A stretch of DNA of 64,000 nucleotides, from positions 7,139-71,138 of the forward strand of contig CAVQSQ010000024.1 of NCBI GenBank assembly GCA_963715955.1. The letters are read 5' to 3'. The position numbers were made by a program, and so were the translations under genes. Below, in pieces: positions 49,230 through 62,041 of the stretch. Below the pieces are notes generated by a model. The model was not told the origin of the DNA, did not search any database, and was given only the letters and a program-made list of their open reading frames with translations. Numbering within the stretch: position 1 is the first letter of the stretch; each line of letters starts with the position of its first letter. Source of the stretch: Candidatus Sulfomarinibacteraceae bacterium. GTDB taxonomy: Bacteria; Acidobacteriota; Thermoanaerobaculia; Thermoanaerobaculales; Sulfomarinibacteraceae.

Positions 49230-50914
49230 CCGGTCTCCCTGTTCGCGGGCAACTCCACGGTCACCACGGTGCCGCGCCCCGGGGCGCTGTCGATGGCTAT
49301 CGTGCCGGCGTGCTCGGCCACGGCAGCGTACACCACCGCCAGACCGAGGCCGGTGCCCCCGGGCCTGGTGGTCACAAATGGCTCGAAGGCCTGGCGGCGG
49401 ACGTTCTCTGTCATGCCGACCCCGCTGTCGCGCCACCGCAGGACGACGTCGCCGTCCACGAGCTCACCGGAGATCTCGAGATCACCACCGTCGGGCATCG
49501 CCTGGAGCGCGTTGCGGGCCAGATTCCAGAAGATCTGACGCAACAGCTGTTCCTCGCCGCGCAGAGGGAGGCTGTCGGGAACGGACAGGTGGACCTTGTG
49601 GTTCTCCCGGTGCTCGTCGGAGCGGCCGAGCAGGTCGACACAGTCGCGCAGCATGGCCGAGACATCGCAGTGGCAGAAGTCGTTTCTCTGCGGGCGGGTG
49701 TAGGCCAGAAAGCCATCGAGGATGCCGGAGAGACGGCGGGACTCGTCGACCAGGATGTGGAGCAGACGCTGGCCTCTGTCGTCCAGTGATTCCGCCGAGG
49801 CGAGCACCTGGGCCGAGCCCGAGATCGAGGCGAGCGGGTTCTTGATCTCGTGGGCCATCCGCGCGGCGAGCTCGCCGACTGCCGCCATCCTCTCCTGCAT
49901 GCGAAGGCGTTCCGCCTCGACCTTGATCTCGGAGAGGTCTTGAAAGGTGACGATGAAACCGACGACGTTTTCTTCTTCATCGGCGAGCGGGCCGACGGTG
50001 AGACCGAACCGCGCTCCGGAGGCCACCACAGTTCCTTCGAGGCGCATCACCTTGCGGTCGAGCGCGCGGGTCTTCAGGAGCCCCCAGTTCTGGTCGACCA
50101 GGGCCATTGTCTCGTCGAGCGTCTTCCCGGTGACCGCGTCGCTGTCGGCGATTTCGAGCATGCGGGCGCCGGCCGGGTTCAGGTGCAACACCCGGCCCTC
50201 GAGGTCCGTGGCAATGATGCCGGCGCCGACCGATCGGACGACGTGATCGGTGAGAGCCACGAACTGGCGGGTTCGCTCTTCTTCTTCCCTGAGCCGGTAG
50301 TGGGCGCTGCGCAGGGATTCGCCGAGATAGGACACCAGCACCGCAACCAGCACGAAACCGACAACGTTGGTCAGAAGTTGAATCAGGATTCTCGACGTGG
50401 GCACCGCGATCTGGATCCCGGTCAGGTTCTCGGGCACCGGCAACACCTCGAAGACCATGAGGTCGATGAGCAGTCCATAGGCCACCGCGGAGAGCCCGGC
50501 AAAAATCAGACCGCCGCCGCGCATGAGCATGGCGGCGACGGCGATCACCGTCAGGTACAAAAAAGAAAATGGGGAGTAGAGGCCGCCCGTGAAATAGACA
50601 AAACCGGTGACCACCGCAATGTCGCCGAGAAGCTGGACCCACGACTGCAGACGCGGCGGTGCCTCTCGCGAATAGAGGATGAGGTAGAGCAGGGAAAGAC
50701 CGAAGCTGAACAGAATGAGGCCGTAGAAGTTCCTGAGGGGGAGGATCTTCTCGCTGTTGATCTGGATCAGGAGGATGCCGAGGAACAGCGTCGAGATCAC
50801 GACCAGCCGCAGCCCGATCGCCCACCGCAGGGCGTTTCGCGACGGATAGGGAACCGCCGACGCCGCGGTCTGGACACGCGGTGAATCGGTCATCGGCGAC
50901 CGCTCGGCCATCAA
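49226..50914 (-). CDS. pilS: Sensor histidine kinase (PilS-like, six N-terminal TM helices, PAS, HisKA, HATPase)
   Basis: H-box MAHEIKNPL, N/G boxes (FWNLARNALQA, DSGVGM, GGTGLGLAVV). ATGA overlap with the pilC stop. Confidence 0.75.
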
Positions 50915-52113
50915 CCGATCTGGCTGATCAGCGAGAACATGGGCAGGTACATCGCGACCACGATGGTGCCGATGACGACACCGAGAAAGGCGATGATCAC
51001 GGGCTCGATGAGGGCCATCATGCCTTCAACGGCCGCATCGACCTCGTCCTCGTAGAAGTCCGCGATCTTCGACAGCATGGTGTCCATGGCGCCGGTCTGC
51101 TCACCGACGGCGATCATCTGGCAGACCATCGGCGGGAACTGCTCGGAACGGGTCAGCGGTTCCGCGATGGTCTTGCCCTCTTCGACCTCTTTGCGGACGC
51201 GGAGGATGGCCTCTTCGATGACCGCGTTGCCCGCCGTGCGGGCGGTGATGTCGAGAGACTCGAGGATGGCCACGCCCGAGCTGAGCAGCGTCCCGAGTGT
51301 GCGGCAGAAACGGGCCACCGCGATCTTGCGCAGCAACATGCCGAGAACCGGCATCTTGAGCATGATCTTGTCGATCTGGTAACGGCCGGCGTCCGTCTGG
51401 TAGTACTGCCTGATAGCGAAAATGCCGCCAACTACGACGATCATGATCAGCCACCAGAAGTTGCCGATGAAACGCGACAGGTTGACGACCACCTGGGTCA
51501 GGAAGGGGAGTTGGCCGCCAAGACCTTCGAAAAGGGTCGCGAAGACCGGGATGACTTTCCACAGGATGACGTAGACGACGACCACGGCGATGGTCACGAC
51601 CGATGCCGGGTAGACCAGTGCCGACTTCACCTGCGATTTCAGTTTGACCGTCTTTTCGATGTAGGTCGCCAGGCGCTGGAGGATGGTGTCGAGAATACCG
51701 CCCGCCTCGCCGGCGGCGACCATGTTGACATACAGATCGTCGAACGCCTGAGGGTGTTTGCGCATCGCTTCGGCGAGCGACGAGCCGCCTTCCACGTCCT
51801 GCCGGATCTGGAGGATGACCTTCTGGAAGGCCTTGTTCTCCTGCTGTTGGCCGAGGATGTCGAGGCACTGGACCAGTGGCAGACCGGCGTCGATCATCAC
51901 CGAGAACTGGCGGGTGAAGACGGCGATGTCTTTGGACTTGATGCCTCCGCCGAACTTCGGCAGGGCGATCTCCTTGCCCTTTTCCTTGACCGTCGTGACG
52001 ACGATCTGTTGGCGGCGAAGGGCGGCGATGACCGCGTCCTTGCTGTCGCCGATGAGGACGCCCGTCTGGGTGGCGCCGTTCCTGTCACGACCCTTCCATT
52101 CGTAACTGGGCAT
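50911..52113 (-). CDS. pilC: Type IV pilus assembly platform protein PilC (GspF family)
   Basis: GGAAGGAG RBS. MPSYEWKGRDRNG start. Duplicated GspF repeats and three TM segments. Confidence 0.9.
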   Translation of the reverse strand: MPSYEWKGRDRNGATQTGVLIGDSKDAVIAALRRQQIVVTTVKEKGKEIALPKFGGGIKSKDIAVFTRQFSVMIDAGLPLVQCLDILGQQQENKAFQKVILQIRQDVEGGSSLAEAMRKHPQAFDDLYVNMVAAGEAGGILDTILQRLATYIEKTVKLKSQVKSALVYPASVVTIAVVVVYVILWKVIPVFATLFEGLGGQLPFLTQVVVNLSRFIGNFWWLIMIVVVGGIFAIRQYYQTDAGRYQIDKIMLKMPVLGMLLRKIAVARFCRTLGTLLSSGVAILESLDITARTAGNAVIEEAILRVRKEVEEGKTIAEPLTRSEQFPPMVCQMIAVGEQTGAMDTMLSKIADFYEDEVDAAVEGMMALIEPVIIAFLGVVIGTIVVAMYLPMFSLISQIG

Positions 52114-52114
52114 C

Positions 52115-53227
52115 TCAGCTCCTTCCTGCTCGGCGTGCCTCAGGGCTGGTGTTGGCACCCACGCCCCGATTGATCATGTCCTGCAACTCATCCGGATAGG
52201 AACTGTAGGCCAGGGCCGTTTGCAGAGAGATCATGCGTCGGTGGTAGAGAGTGGCGAGACCCTGGTTGAAGGTCTGCATGCCGTGTTTGACCTGGCCGGC
52301 TTGCATCATCGAGTAGACCTGGTGGATCTTGTCCTCGCGGATCAGGTTGCGGATGGCTGCGCTCGGTATCAGGATCTCGCAGCACAGTGCACGGCCCTTG
52401 CCGGACGCCCGTCGCAACAGCGACTGGCAGATGATGCCCTCGAGCACGAAGCTCAGCTGGGCGCGGATCTGCGCCTGCTGGTGTTCGGGGAAGACATCGA
52501 CGATGCGGTTGATGGTCTGCGGCGCCGAATTGGTGTGGAGGGTCGCAAACGTGAGGTGGCCGGTCTCCGCGATGCGCAGCGCCGACTCGATGGTCTCGAG
52601 GTCCCGCATCTCGCCGATCAGCACCACGTCGGGGTCTTCCCGCAGAACCGACCGCAGTGCGGCCGGGAAACTGTGGGTGTCCGCGTGCAGCTCTCGTTGG
52701 TTGACCATGCACTTCTTGTGCGAGTGCAGGTACTCCACCGGGTCTTCGATGGTGAGGATGTGAAGTGACTTTTCGCGGTTGACCTTGTCGATCATCGCCG
52801 CCAGCGTGGTCGACTTGCCGGACCCGGTCGGCCCGGTGACGAGCACCAGACCGCGCGGCTTGTTGCACAGCGATTCCACCGACGGCGGCAGGCCCAACTC
52901 ACTGAAACCGAGGATCTCGTAGGGGATGCGCCGAAAGGCGCCGGCCACGGCGCCGCGCTGCATATAGATGTTGGCGCGGAACCTGGCGAGCCCCTTGACG
53001 CCGAAGGAAATGTCGAGTTCGAGGCTCTCCTCGAAGCGGTGCTTCTGGGCGTCGGTGAGCACCGAATAGGCGAGCTTTTTGGTGTCCACGGCCGTCATCG
53101 GCGGGTGGGAGAGGGTGACCAGCATCCCGTCCACCCGGATCAGGGGCGGCGAGTTGGTGGTGATGTGAAGGTCGGTCCCGCCCTTCTCGACCATGGTCTT
53201 GAGCAGCTGATGCAGACTGACGGTCAT
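52115..53227 (-). CDS. pilT: Twitching-motility retraction ATPase PilT
   Basis: LLKTMVEKGGTDLHI, GPTGSGKSTT, TIEDPVEY, GHLTFATLHTNSA. Confidence 0.9.
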   Translation of the reverse strand: MTVSLHQLLKTMVEKGGTDLHITTNSPPLIRVDGMLVTLSHPPMTAVDTKKLAYSVLTDAQKHRFEESLELDISFGVKGLARFRANIYMQRGAVAGAFRRIPYEILGFSELGLPPSVESLCNKPRGLVLVTGPTGSGKSTTLAAMIDKVNREKSLHILTIEDPVEYLHSHKKCMVNQRELHADTHSFPAALRSVLREDPDVVLIGEMRDLETIESALRIAETGHLTFATLHTNSAPQTINRIVDVFPEHQQAQIRAQLSFVLEGIICQSLLRRASGKGRALCCEILIPSAAIRNLIREDKIHQVYSMMQAGQVKHGMQTFNQGLATLYHRRMISLQTALAYSSYPDELQDMINRGVGANTSPEARRAGRS

Positions 53228-53243
53228 GAACCCTTCCCCTCGA

Positions 53244-54959
53244 CTACAGGACCGATTCGCGGACCACCTCTTCGATTGTGGTGATGCCGTCACGGATCTT
53301 CTGAAGTCCTGATTGCCTCAAACTGATCATACCTTCCTCGATGGACTTGCGACGCAGTTCCACGGCCGAGGCGCCGGAGAGGATGAGTTCGCGGATGTCC
53401 TCGCCGACCACCATCACCTCGTAAATACCGACGCGCCCCCGGTAGCCGCGCTGGTTGCATTCATCGCACCCGCGCCCGCGGTAGATCTCGATGTTGGGCG
53501 CCTCGGCCTCGGAGAAGCCGACGTTGAGAAGCGCCTGAACCGGGACGTCTTCAGGTTGTTTGCACTTTTCGCAGATCCGCCGCACCAGCCGTTGCGCGAC
53601 CACCAGATTGACCGACGTGGCGACGAGAAACGGCTCGATGCCCATGTTCATCAGCCGGTTGATAGAGGAAGGCGCGTCGTTGGTGTGCAGGGTCGAGAGG
53701 ACAAGGTGGCCGGTGAGGGCCGCTTTGATCGCGATCTCGGCGGTTTCGAAGTCCCGGATCTCGCCGACGAGGACGATGTTCGGGTCCTGGCGCAGGAAGG
53801 ACCGCAGGGCGGCGGCGAAGTTGAGCCCGATGGACTCCTTCATCTGAACCTGGTTGACGCCCACCATCTGGAACTCGACCGGGTCCTCGGCGGTCATGAT
53901 GTTGACCTCGGAGGTATTGATCCGGGAAATGGCCGAGTACAGGGTATTGGTCTTTCCGGAGCCGGTGGGCCCGGTCACCAGGACCATGCCGTAAGGCTGG
54001 AAAATCGCCTCCTCGAAGTTCTTGAGGCTGGATTTTTCAAACCCGAGCTTGGTCATGTCGAGCATCAGCTGGTCTTTGTCGAGCAGCCGCATGACGATCT
54101 TCTCGCCGTGCAGGGTGGGCAACGTGGAGACCCGGAAGTCGAGCTCTTTGACCTTTCCCTGGAACTTCATTTTGAGCTTGATGCGGCCGTCCTGGGGAAG
54201 CCGTTTTTCGGCGATGTCGAGCTTTGCGAGAATTTTGATGCGCGAGGAAATGGCGTCCTTGAGCTTGAGGGGCGGGTTCATGATCTCGTACAGCACGCCG
54301 TCGATACGGAAGCGAACCCGAAAGGTCTTCTCGTAGGGCTCGATGTGGATATCCGATGCGGCTCGTTTGAGGGCATCGGTCAGGATCAGATTCACCAGGC
54401 GGACCACCGGGGCCTCGTCCGCGCTCGCCTCGAGGTCCTGGACGTCGAGGTCTTCCTCCTCTTCGAGAAGCTCGAGCGAGGCCTCGTCCACCGTCGACAA
54501 ATCGTCCATCACCTTTTTCAGCTCGATGGAGTGGCTGGTGCCGTAGTACTTGTCGATCGCCTCGCGAAGCGCCTCCTCGGAGGCAACCACGGGCTCGACC
54601 CGATAGCCGGTGATGAACGTGATGTCATCCATCGCGAACACGTTCGAGGGGTCGGTCATGGCGACGGTCAATGTGGCGCCGGTCTTGGACACCGGAATGA
54701 ACTGGTACTTGCGCGCAACGTCGGCCGGAATCAGGCGAATGATCGACTCGTCGATATCGAAATGTTTGAGGTTGATAGACGGAACGCCGAACTGTTGCGA
54801 AAGGCAATCGAGGATGTCCTCCTCGGTCACGTACCCGAGGGTCACCAAGTGCTCACCAAGACGCCCACCGCTGGCCCTCTGCTCTTCGAGGGCCTTCGCG
54901 AGCTGATGCTCGTTGATCAGCTTCGCCTTGATGAGAAGTTCACCGATTTTCAGAGCCAT
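53244..54959 (-). CDS. pilB: Type IV pilus assembly ATPase PilB (GspE family)
   Basis: N-terminal GSPII domain, GPTGSGKTNT, tetracysteine C-x2-C...C-x2-C, GHLVLSTLHTNDA. Confidence 0.9.
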   Translation of the reverse strand: MALKIGELLIKAKLINEHQLAKALEEQRASGGRLGEHLVTLGYVTEEDILDCLSQQFGVPSINLKHFDIDESIIRLIPADVARKYQFIPVSKTGATLTVAMTDPSNVFAMDDITFITGYRVEPVVASEEALREAIDKYYGTSHSIELKKVMDDLSTVDEASLELLEEEEDLDVQDLEASADEAPVVRLVNLILTDALKRAASDIHIEPYEKTFRVRFRIDGVLYEIMNPPLKLKDAISSRIKILAKLDIAEKRLPQDGRIKLKMKFQGKVKELDFRVSTLPTLHGEKIVMRLLDKDQLMLDMTKLGFEKSSLKNFEEAIFQPYGMVLVTGPTGSGKTNTLYSAISRINTSEVNIMTAEDPVEFQMVGVNQVQMKESIGLNFAAALRSFLRQDPNIVLVGEIRDFETAEIAIKAALTGHLVLSTLHTNDAPSSINRLMNMGIEPFLVATSVNLVVAQRLVRRICEKCKQPEDVPVQALLNVGFSEAEAPNIEIYRGRGCDECNQRGYRGRVGIYEVMVVGEDIRELILSGASAVELRRKSIEEGMISLRQSGLQKIRDGITTIEEVVRESVL

Positions 54960-55092
54960 ACAAGCCGTCCAATTCCACAGACGTTTTCAAATAAAATTGT
55001 AGCACCAGGGGCAGCGCGAAATACGACGAGATCTCCGGCCTCAAATACACACCCTATCTATCGTAACAAAAGGACTGCGAATTCGTTGTGGA

Positions 55093-56649
<1,557 letters not shown>

Positions 56650-56653
<4 letters not shown>

Positions 56654-57654
56654 TCGCCCCTCCCCGTGGTCGCGACGGCGGCCCGCAGCTCGGCGACCGG
56701 GACCGTGGCGGTCCCGAGTTTCATGACCACCAGTCCGGCGGCAATGTTGGCAAGCCTGGCCGCGTCGAACGGTGCGGCGCCCGCGGCGAGGGCGACGGTG
56801 AGGACGGCGAGGACCGTGTCGCCGGCGCCGGTGACGTCGGCGACCTGATCGGTTCCGAAGACCGGGATGTGGCGGGCTTCCTGGCCGGCTTCGACCAGGG
56901 TCATGCCCTGATTGCCCCGGGTGGCCAGGACACAGCGGGCGCCGAGCTTCTCGCGAAGATCCTCGGCCCCGACGGCGACGTCGTCGTCACCCGACAACCG
57001 CCGCCCACAGAAGACCTCGAGCTCTTCGAGGTTCGGGGTTGCCGCCGCCACCCCTGCAAAGGAGCCGATCCGGTGCCTCGAATCGAGGCAGGTCCAGGTC
57101 GCAGCGCTGGGTGCGCTGATCTCATGCAGGGTCTCGGGGATGACGCACCCGTAGCCGTAGTCCGAAACCGCCACTGCATCCGCGAGATCGAACTCCCGGG
57201 CGAGATGGCGCGCGATCTCCGTGCGCCAGTCCGCGTCGGGGTCGAGGCGGTCCTCGATGTCGTAGCGAGCCACCTGGTGTTTCAGCGACGACGGTCCACC
57301 GCCGAGTATGCGGACCTTGGTCGGTGTGCGATAGCCGGGGATCGTGACGATGCCCTCGGTCGCGATCCCGAGGCGATCCAGCGCCGCTCTCAGGGCCGCG
57401 CCCGGTTCGTCGTCGCCGACCGCAGCCACGACCGAGACCCGGGCGCCGAGGGCGGCGATGTTGGCGAGGGCGTTGGCGCCGCCGCCCGGAACATCGCGCT
57501 GATCCTCATACCGCAGGATGATGACCGGCGCCTCGCGGGAGATCCGTTTGGGCGTTCCGAGGACGAACCGGTCGAGCACGAGATCGCCGTACATCGCGAC
57601 CCTGGCGGCGGCAAATCGATCGATGATTCCTAAAAGGTGTGCGGTGTCACTCAT
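56650..57654 (-). CDS. hldA: D-glycero-beta-D-manno-heptose-7-phosphate kinase (RfaE domain I, stand-alone)
   Basis: PfkB-family ribokinase-like fold with GGGANALANIAALG and DVTGAGDT motifs. ATGA overlap with hldC. Confidence 0.8.
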
Positions 57655-57923
57655 TGTGGAGCGAAGTTTATCCCATTCCTCCCCTGCCACGTCCGCCGTC
57701 TGTGGTCGGCCTCCCATCGTTCCTCCGGGGTCGGTATCCCGATTCTCTCGGCGTTGGTGCCCGTGAGTGCCCCCCTCGAGGATGTTTGCGACCGCAGTGT
57801 CTACGTGTGTCGAGGTCTCGTGATCGCAAAATCCTCGAGGACGGCACGTCCGGTGGATGCGAGCGGTCTCCCTTTCCCCCTTGCTCCCTTGCTCCTCTGC
57901 CCCTCTGCCCTATACTGACTCCC

Positions 57924-58445
57924 GTGACCGATCCACTCCCGTCGTCGCCCCTTGCCCGTTGGGACGGGCTCCACCTGGTGGTGGACCTGGAGCGTGCCGA
58001 GCACCACGTCGGTCGGGCGCTGGCCGGCAACGACCGGATGCGGGACCTCCGGCTGCGTGGTGCAGGCGACGCGCTCGAAGCGGAGGTCACGGTGCTCTGG
58101 AAGGGCGTGGCCGCCCGGGTCGGGCTCGAACTCGCGGAAATCAGGCTGCACCACCGCCACATCGGTTTCAGAATGCGGCGGCTGCGCGCGCTGGGTGGGG
58201 TTCCGGTGCCGAGGGCCGCGGTCGAGGTGGCCTTGCAGTCGCTCGACAGCCCGATCCTGAGGGTTTTTCGGGGCGACGGGATCGTCGTGATCGACCTCCG
58301 CCGCTGGCTGCCGACCCAGCTCGAGGTGAACGTCGTGACGGTCCAGGCCACTCTCCGCTCGCTGCACGTGTGGTTCGGCCCGGGCCGGCTCGACGACCTG
58401 CCGGGACGAGGCCCGGCTCGACTGCCCTCCGGGCGCGGTGGGTGA
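57924..58445 (+). CDS. Hypothetical protein (174 aa), possibly leaderless
   Basis: GTG start lies 8 nt after a TATACT box. No motif recognised. Coding status is uncertain in this GC-rich context. Confidence 0.3.
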   Translation: MTDPLPSSPLARWDGLHLVVDLERAEHHVGRALAGNDRMRDLRLRGAGDALEAEVTVLWKGVAARVGLELAEIRLHHRHIGFRMRRLRALGGVPVPRAAVEVALQSLDSPILRVFRGDGIVVIDLRRWLPTQLEVNVVTVQATLRSLHVWFGPGRLDDLPGRGPARLPSGRGG

Positions 58446-58471
58446 CCCGCCGAAATCCGGCCTGAAACGCC

Positions 58472-58500
58472 TTGACAGCCGGAGTTTGCTTGGGTAGAGT
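58472..58500 (+). promoter_or_regulatory. Sigma70-like promoter of the ribosomal-protein operon
   Basis: TTGACA (58472-77), 17-nt spacer, TAGAGT (58495-500). The 54-nt leader carries a CCCTGTG-CCC-ACAGGG hairpin. Confidence 0.55.
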
Positions 58501-58554
58501 CTTGTTCCCCTGTGCCCACAGGGATGGCGAACTGGTACGCGAGGATTGGAAATC

Positions 58555-58983
58555 ATGCGAAGTTATATGCCGAAAGAGGATGAGATTACGCGCGACTGGG
58601 TTGTCCTGGACGCGTCGGACCAGGTGCTGGGGCGGTTGGCCACCGAAGCCGCGCGTCTGCTCCGTGGCAAACACAAGCCTACCTTCACACCCCACTTCGA
58701 CACCGGTGACTTCGTGGTGGTCGTCAACGCCGAGCGTGTCAGGATGACCGGAAACAAGCTCGACGACAAGGTGTACTACCGCCATTCCGGAAAGCCGGGC
58801 TCGTTGAAGTCAGAGACCGCCCGCGAACGGATGTCGAAGTACCCGGAACGGGTGATTCAAGCTGCCGTGTGGGGCATGCTGCCCAAGAACCGGCTCGGCC
58901 GCAAGCTTCTGAAAAAGCTCAAGGTCTACAGCGGTCCCGAGCATCCGCACGAGGCGCAGCAACCGAAAATTCATGCCCTGTGA
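58555..58983 (+). CDS. rplM: 50S ribosomal protein L13
   Basis: [36 protein letters not shown]. Confidence 0.93.
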   Translation: MRSYMPKEDEITRDWVVLDASDQVLGRLATEAARLLRGKHKPTFTPHFDTGDFVVVVNAERVRMTGNKLDDKVYYRHSGKPGSLKSETARERMSKYPERVIQAAVWGMLPKNRLGRKLLKKLKVYSGPEHPHEAQQPKIHAL

Positions 58984-59000
58984 TCTGAGAGGGGGAGTTC

Positions 59001-59393
59001 GTGGCTGAGATCCAATATTACGGCACCGGGCGGCGCAAGACGTCGATAGCCCGTGTGTACCTGCGGCCGGGAAGCGGCAAGATCGTCGTCAACAAGCGCG
59101 ATTTCGACGACTACTTTCCGAACCGGGTGCTCAAGATGATCATCCGGCAGCCGCTCTTGCTGACCGAGACCGATGACACGTTCGACATCCTGATCAACGT
59201 CGAGGGCGGCGGTCCCTCCGGTCAGGCGGGCGCGATTCGTCACGGTATTTCCCGCGCGTTGCTCGAGTACAACGCCGAGTTGCGTCCGCGGTTGAAGTCC
59301 GTCGGCTTCCTGACCCGCGACGCGCGTGAGGTCGAGCGCAAGAAGTACGGGCAGCCCAAGGCCCGCAAGCGCTTCCAGTTCTCGAAACGGTAA
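59001..59393 (+). CDS. rpsI: 30S ribosomal protein S9
   Basis: [13 protein letters not shown] ... C-terminal [17 protein letters not shown]. Confidence 0.95.
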   Translation: MAEIQYYGTGRRKTSIARVYLRPGSGKIVVNKRDFDDYFPNRVLKMIIRQPLLLTETDDTFDILINVEGGGPSGQAGAIRHGISRALLEYNAELRPRLKSVGFLTRDAREVERKKYGQPKARKRFQFSKR

Positions 59394-59404
59394 GGGAGAG
59401 ATTC

Positions 59405-60364
59405 GTGGCAAACATCCAGATGAAGGAATTGCTCGAAGCCGGAGTTCACTTCGGGCATCAGACCCGGCGGTGGAACCCGAAAATGAAGCCGTACATCTTC
59501 GGCAAACGCAACGGGATCCACATTGTCGACCTGCAGAAGACCCTGCACCATTTCGAGGACGCGGCGGACTTCATCCGCGATCTCGCGACCAATGGGCGCA
59601 ACGTGCTCTTCGTGGGCACCAAGCGGCAGGCCCAGGACGCGATCCGCGAAGAGGCCGAGCGCTGCGGGATGTTCTTCATGAACCACCGCTGGCTCGGCGG
59701 CACGATGACCAACTTCAAGACCATCCGCAAGTCGATCCAGAAATTCAAAGAAATCGAAAAGACCCTCGGCAACGAGGAGTCCCACCTCACCAAGAAAGAG
59801 GTCATCCGTCTCGAGCGCCAACGCCGCAAGATGGATCGCGCCTTCGGCGGCATCAAGGACATGGAGAATCTTCCGGACGCCCTCTTTGTGGTCGACACGG
59901 TGCACGAGCACATCGCGATCAAAGAGGCCAACCGCCTCGGCATCCCGGTGGTGGCCGTGGTCGACACCAACAGCGATCCCGAAGAGGTGGATTTCCCGAT
60001 CCCCGGCAACGACGACGCGATCCGTGCGATTCGTCTGTTCACATCGAGGATTGCCGACAACGTTCTCGAGGGCCTCAACCTTGCCGACGAGCGATTTGTC
60101 GGTGATGAGGGTGAGGCAGCCGCAGCGGAAGACGGCCCGGAGGGTGGTGTCGAGGCGGCGGCGGTCGAGGTTCTCGCGGACGAATTGATGGCTGAAGAGG
60201 CCTCGGAAGAAGACAAGGTCATCGCCGAGGAGGTTGCGGCCGCGGACGCCGAGGTGGCCAAGGAGGAGCGGGAGGCTGCCGAGACTGCAATCGAAGAAGT
60301 TGCCGACACCGCCGCCGAACCTGAAAGCAAACCCGAGGACGAGGTGGCCCCGACCACGAGCTGA
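59405..60364 (+). CDS. rpsB: 30S ribosomal protein S2 with about 90-aa acidic Ala/Glu-rich C-terminal extension
   Basis: [33 protein letters not shown]. Confidence 0.95.
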   Translation: MANIQMKELLEAGVHFGHQTRRWNPKMKPYIFGKRNGIHIVDLQKTLHHFEDAADFIRDLATNGRNVLFVGTKRQAQDAIREEAERCGMFFMNHRWLGGTMTNFKTIRKSIQKFKEIEKTLGNEESHLTKKEVIRLERQRRKMDRAFGGIKDMENLPDALFVVDTVHEHIAIKEANRLGIPVVAVVDTNSDPEEVDFPIPGNDDAIRAIRLFTSRIADNVLEGLNLADERFVGDEGEAAAAEDGPEGGVEAAAVEVLADELMAEEASEEDKVIAEEVAAADAEVAKEEREAAETAIEEVADTAAEPESKPEDEVAPTTS

Positions 60365-60389
60365 GTCGATCAAACGACACTGTTTGGAC

Positions 60390-60418
60390 GGGGCCAGGAG
60401 CACAGCGCGCCTGGCCCC
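60390..60418 (+). terminator. Hairpin between rpsB and tsf (possible attenuator)
   Basis: GGGGCCAGG-11 nt-CCTGGCCCC followed by GTGTTGT. The U tract is weak. Confidence 0.35.
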
Positions 60419-60451
60419 GTGTTGTAACGAGATCATTCAAGAGAGGTCAAC

Positions 60452-61303
60452 ATGGCAATCACAGCACAGGCAGTCAAAGCGCTCAGGGACCGCACCGGGG
60501 CCGGCATGATGGACTGCAAGAAGGCACTGACTGAAACCAACGGCGATATGGATGAAGCCGTCAAGTTCCTGCGGACCAAGGGCCTCGCGGCGGCGGCCAA
60601 GAAGGCCGGGCGTGCGGCGAACGACGGCATGATCGCGATCGTCGGCGACGACAAGAAAATGGCCATCCTCGAGCTCAACTGCGAGACCGAGCCGGTTTCG
60701 AAACTGGATGATTTCCGTGGCTTCGGCGACGCTCTTGTCCAGCAGGTCCTCGATTCAGGGGCGCGGTCGGCCGCTGAGCTGAAGGCGCAGCCCTTCGCCG
60801 GCGACCCGGAACACACCGTCGAAGAGACGGTTTCGCTCAAGATCGCGGTGATCGGCGAGAACATCGTTCTCAACCAGTGCACCCTGATCGAGGCGGCCCC
60901 GGGCAACAGCCTCGCCTCGTACGTCCACATGGGCGGGAAGATCGGCGTGGTCGTCGAGGGATCGGGCGGGGCCTCCGCCGAAGCGCTGCACGATGTGGCG
61001 CTGCACGTGGCGGCGTCCGAGCCGCGATTCGTGACCCGCGACGAGGTCACCGACGACCTGTTGGCGACCGAGCGCGAAATCGCACTCAAGCAGTCGATCG
61101 AGCAGGGCAAGCCCGAGGAGATCGCAAAGAAGATCGTCGAGGGCAAGATGGAGAAGTTCTTCGTGTCCGAGGTGTTGCTCGAGCAGCCTTTTGCCAAGGA
61201 CTCCAGCATGTCCGTCGGCGCCTACCTCAAGGCAAGCTCCGGCAAGGATGCGACGGTCGTCCGCTTTGTGCGTTACAAACTCGGTGAGGGTAGCGGCGAG
61301 TAA
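60452..61303 (+). CDS. tsf: Elongation factor Ts
   Basis: VKALRDRTGAGMMDCKKAL UBA-like N-terminus. Confidence 0.95.
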   Translation: MAITAQAVKALRDRTGAGMMDCKKALTETNGDMDEAVKFLRTKGLAAAAKKAGRAANDGMIAIVGDDKKMAILELNCETEPVSKLDDFRGFGDALVQQVLDSGARSAAELKAQPFAGDPEHTVEETVSLKIAVIGENIVLNQCTLIEAAPGNSLASYVHMGGKIGVVVEGSGGASAEALHDVALHVAASEPRFVTRDEVTDDLLATEREIALKQSIEQGKPEEIAKKIVEGKMEKFFVSEVLLEQPFAKDSSMSVGAYLKASSGKDATVVRFVRYKLGEGSGE

Positions 61304-61306
61304 CCC

Positions 61307-62041
61307 ATGGGCGATGCTCAACCGCGTTACCACCGGGTGATGGTCAAGCTTTCGGGCGAGGCTCTGATGGGCTCTCAGTCCTTTGGTATCGAGCCCGCGG
61401 TAGTGCGGAAGATCGCCGGAGAGATCGCCGACGTGGCGGCCCTCGACGTGCAGATGGCGGTCGTGGTCGGAGGCGGCAACATCATCCGTGGCGTGTCCGC
61501 CCACGAACAGGGCATCGACCGCATCACCGGTGATTCGATGGGGATGTTGGCGACGGTGATCAATGCTCTCGCCCTGTCCTCGGCCATCGAACAGATGGGA
61601 GTTCCGACCCGCGTCCAGACCGCCATCGAGATGAACGAGGTGGCCGAGCCATTCATCCGCAGGCGGGCCATCCGTCACCTCGAGAAGGGGCGGATCGTGC
61701 TCTTCGCGGGTGGGACCGGCAATCCCTTCTTCACCACGGACTCCGCGGCGGCCCTGCGGGCCAACGAGATCGATGCCGAAATCCTGATGAAGGCGACCAA
61801 GGTCGACGGTGTCTACACGTCGGATCCGGTCACCAACTCCGATGCCCGGTTGATTCCTCGTCTCGGGTATGGCGAGGTCCTGCAGCGGGGTCTGCGGGTG
61901 ATGGACGCAGCGGCGATCTCGTTGTGTATGGAAAGCCAGATCCCGATCCAGATTTTCAATATCCGGAAACCCGGTATCATGAAGCAGGTTGTTCTCGGTG
62001 ACGATGTGGGGTCCTGGGTCGGCCCCGGGGAGGATGCATGA
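61307..62041 (+). CDS. pyrH: UMP kinase
   Basis: YHRVMVKLSGEAL, VVGGGNIIRG, FAGGTGNPFFTTD. Confidence 0.95.
   Translation: MGDAQPRYHRVMVKLSGEALMGSQSFGIEPAVVRKIAGEIADVAALDVQMAVVVGGGNIIRGVSAHEQGIDRITGDSMGMLATVINALALSSAIEQMGVPTRVQTAIEMNEVAEPFIRRRAIRHLEKGRIVLFAGGTGNPFFTTDSAAALRANEIDAEILMKATKVDGVYTSDPVTNSDARLIPRLGYGEVLQRGLRVMDAAAISLCMESQIPIQIFNIRKPGIMKQVVLGDDVGSWVGPGEDA

Noticed and set aside
50881-52173. 430-aa plus-strand ORF; likewise 59240..60436 (-), 39333..40586 (-), 33820..35046 (-)
   Set aside because: Shadow ORFs opposite pilC, rpsB, CFA synthase and ACAD/DUF2231 respectively.
54960-55092. Sigma54 promoter upstream of pilB (TGGTGC-N5-TTTTA on the minus strand)
   Set aside because: The GC of the -12 element is missing, so the match to TGGCAC-N5-TTGC is poor.
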